Shown here: piece after piece, positions 60,820-62,694 of the stretch
Layout of the letters: each line of letters opens with the position of its first letter
Position numbering within the stretch: position 1 is the stretch's first letter
Source of the DNA: Myxococcota bacterium
Lineage (GTDB): Bacteria; Myxococcota_A; Polyangia; Fen-1088
DNA length: 62,694 bases
Assembly: GCA_046734815.1 (NCBI GenBank)
Contig: JBKPRZ010000272.1
Location: 1-62,694, forward strand
Direction of reading: 5' to 3'
Position numbers and translations under genes: made by a program
The notes under the pieces: generated by a model
Told to the model about the DNA's origin: nothing
The model's database searches: none
What the model saw: the letters and a program-made list of their open reading frames with translations, nothing else

Positions 60820-62694
60820 GCCCTGCTGTTTGGCGACCGCGGCGAATCGGATCGCGAACGGTTCTCGCTGCGCCCGCCGCTGGAGATGGGAGCGTCCAGG
60901 GTAGCAGCCACCGTCTCGATCTCGAACGCCTCGACGATGTCGCCCACCTTCAGGTCCTGGTAACCCTCGATCGCGAGGCCACATTCGTACCCCTGGGCGA
61001 CCTCGCTGACGTCGTCCTTGAACCGCTTGAGCGAGCCGAACCGGCCGGTGAACACCACCACCGAGTCGCGCACCAGCCGCGCCGAGGAACGACGGGTCAG
61101 CTTGCCGTCGGTGACGAAGCAACCGGCGATGGTGCCCACCTTGGTGATGTTGAAGACCTGGCGGACCTCCGCCCGACCCAGCACCTTCTCCTTGCTCACC
61201 GGCGCCAGCATGCCGACCATGGCCTTCTTCACGTCGTCGATGGCGTCGTAGATGACCTGGTAGAGCTTGATGTCCACGCCCTCCTGCTCGGCCATGCCCT
61301 GCGACTTGCCGGCGGGACGGACGTTGAACCCGATGACGATGGCCGAGGAGGCCTTGGCCAGCTGCACGTCGGATTCGGTGATGCCGCCGACGCCGGACTG
61401 GATGACGTTGACGCCCACCGTGGGGGTCGACAGCGCCCGCAGGGCGGCGGCGATCGCCTCCACCGAGCCCTGCACGTCGGCCTTGAGGACGATCTTGACC
61501 TCCTTGACCTCGCCTTCCTTGATCTTGTCGAGGATGTTCTCCAGCGAGACCCGGCCGGTGGTCGAGGCGGTCGCCTCCTTGCGGCGGCGCTGCTCGCGCC
61601 GGTGCTCGACCAGCGACTTGGCCGCGCGCTCGTCAGTGACCATGTGGAAGGTCTCGCCCGCGTCGGGCACGCCGTCCAGGCCCAGCACCTCGACCGGGGT
61701 GGCGGGGCCCGCCTCGGTGATCTGCTGGCCCTTGTCGCCCAGCATGGCGCGGATCTTTCCCGACACCTCGCCGGCGACGACCAGGTCGCCCACCCGCAGG
61801 GTGCCCTCTTCCACCAGCACGGTGGAGATGGCGCCGCGGGCGCGATCCAGGCGAGCCTCGACCACGTGGCCCCGGGCCGCCTTCTTGGGGTTCGCCCGCA
61901 GCTCCAGCACCTCGGCCTGCAGGGCCAGCATCTCCAGCAGCTTGTCGATGCCCTGCTTGGTCTTGGCCGAGACGTCCACGTAGATGATGTCGCCGCCGAA
62001 CTCCTCGGGCACCAGGTTCTGCTCCATCAGCTTGGTGCGGATGGCCTGGGGGTTGGCGCCGGGCTTGTCGACCTTGTTGACCGCCACCACGATGGGCACC
62101 TCGGCGGCGCGGGCGTGGTTGATGGCCTCGATGGTCTGAGGCATGGGACCGTCGTCGGCGGCCACCACCAGCACCACGATGTCGGTCATCTTGGCTCCAC
62201 GCGCGCGCATGGCGGTGAAGGCCTCGTGGCCGGGGGTGTCCAGGAAGACGACGTCGCCGCCGGAAGCGTGCACCTTGTAAGCACCGATGTGCTGGGTGAT
62301 GCCGCCGGCCTCGCCCCCCGCCACGTTGGCCTTGCGGATGGCGTCCAGCAGCGAGGTCTTGCCGTGGTCGACGTGGCCCATGATCGTGACCACGGGGGCG
62401 CGCGGCAGCAGGTCCTCGGGGTTGTCGGCCACCTCCTGGGAGATGACCTCCTCCTCGCGGAAGGCGGTGGACTCGATCTGGTAGCCGAAGTCCTGGGCGA
62501 TCAGGGTAGCGGTGTCGAAGTCGACGTTCTGGTTGATGGTCACGCCCATCATTCCCAGACCCCACAGCTTCTTGATCACCTCGTTGCCCTTGACGCCCAT
62601 GCGCTGGGCCAGCTCGGACACCGCGATGGCCTCGCCCATCTTGATGACCCGCTTGTGCTCGGCGGGCGTGGTGATCTGGGTCTGCTTGACCTTC
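60816..62694 (-). CDS. infB: Translation initiation factor IF-2 (5' end lies outside the window)
   Basis: The reading frame stays open to the window edge (..[35 protein letters not shown]). G-domain motifs are [17 protein letters not shown] and NKVD. The protein ends with [17 protein letters not shown] plus a tail of about 25 residues. Confidence 0.9.
   Translation of the reverse strand, partial: KVKQTQITTPAEHKRVIKMGEAIAVSELAQRMGVKGNEVIKKLWGLGMMGVTINQNVDFDTATLIAQDFGYQIESTAFREEEVISQEVADNPEDLLPRAPVVTIMGHVDHGKTSLLDAIRKANVAGGEAGGITQHIGAYKVHASGGDVVFLDTPGHEAFTAMRARGAKMTDIVVLVVAADDGPMPQTIEAINHARAAEVPIVVAVNKVDKPGANPQAIRTKLMEQNLVPEEFGGDIIYVDVSAKTKQGIDKLLEMLALQAEVLELRANPKKAARGHVVEARLDRARGAISTVLVEEGTLRVGDLVVAGEVSGKIRAMLGDKGQQITEAGPATPVEVLGLDGVPDAGETFHMVTDERAAKSLVEHRREQRRRKEATASTTGRVSLENILDKIKEGEVKEVKIVLKADVQGSVEAIAAALRALSTPTVGVNVIQSGVGGITESDVQLAKASSAIVIGFNVRPAGKSQGMAEQEGVDIKLYQVIYDAIDDVKKAMVGMLAPVSKEKVLGRAEVRQVFNITKVGTIAGCFVTDGKLTRRSSARLVRDSVVVFTGRFGSLKRFKDDVSEVAQGYECGLAIEGYQDLKVGDIVEAFEIETVAATLDAPISSGGRSENRSRSDSPRSPNSRA

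Overview
This is a very GC-rich chromosomal segment (about 70% G+C by eye, not computed). Nearly every real gene has a long stop-free antisense or off-frame shadow ORF, so I called genes from protein-like composition, recognisable family motifs, signal peptides or lipoboxes, RBS-like purine runs, and recurrent 1-7 nt start/stop overlaps (ATGA, GTGA, TGATG). No database search was possible, so all family names come from motif recognition.

Gene content suggests a myxobacterium (Myxococcota). It includes a MYXO-CTERM-like sorting tail, DUF1552/DUF1592-type genes, MopE-like Cys/Asp repeats, many lipoproteins and a PilZ protein.

Layout:
1. 1-610: a repeat-rich non-coding tail with a GC hairpin, a 15-copy 17-bp tandem array, and a ~140-bp structured element that recurs at 56319-56457.
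2. 611-11839 (-): one giant gene of about 3,740 codons encoding a TPR-like solenoid.
3. 12023-15020 (+): lipoprotein, aguB, aguA (agmatine to putrescine).
4. 15045-16775 (-): a secreted DPP3/M49-like metallopeptidase. 16844-17683 (+): hemD.
5. 17664-24509 (-): nirB, nirD, a DmsB/DmsC-like Fe-S membrane fusion, and a nasA-like nitrate-assimilation gene, in one operon.
6. 24622-33549: envelope genes, namely a BNR protein, a GMC oxidoreductase, a Cys-rich lipoprotein, and a DUF1552/DUF1592 pair.
7. 33635-39407: an MFS transporter, an SBP-OmpA fusion, a PilZ protein and a membrane protein.
8. 39418-41910 (-): a tightly coupled aminotransferase / unknown 168-aa protein / DapA-like aldolase cassette. 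It is followed by a lower-GC spacer carrying a tRNA-like fragment.
9. 44124-53393 (-): an eight-gene chain of large GNAT-type protein, polytopic membrane protein, GNAT-like tail-anchored protein, ThiF/E1-like protein, di-haem cytochrome c lipoprotein, P450, argC and argB. Six of the seven junctions are start/stop overlaps and the seventh is a 9-nt gap. This is my best candidate for an uncharacterised system.
10. 53536-55832 (+): a secreted protein and a metallophosphoesterase.
11. 55840-62694 (-): the housekeeping block infB (5' end runs off the window), DUF503, rbfA, truB, rpsO, pnp, dut.

I saw no rRNA, functional tRNA, CRISPR array, transposase, integrase or phage gene.
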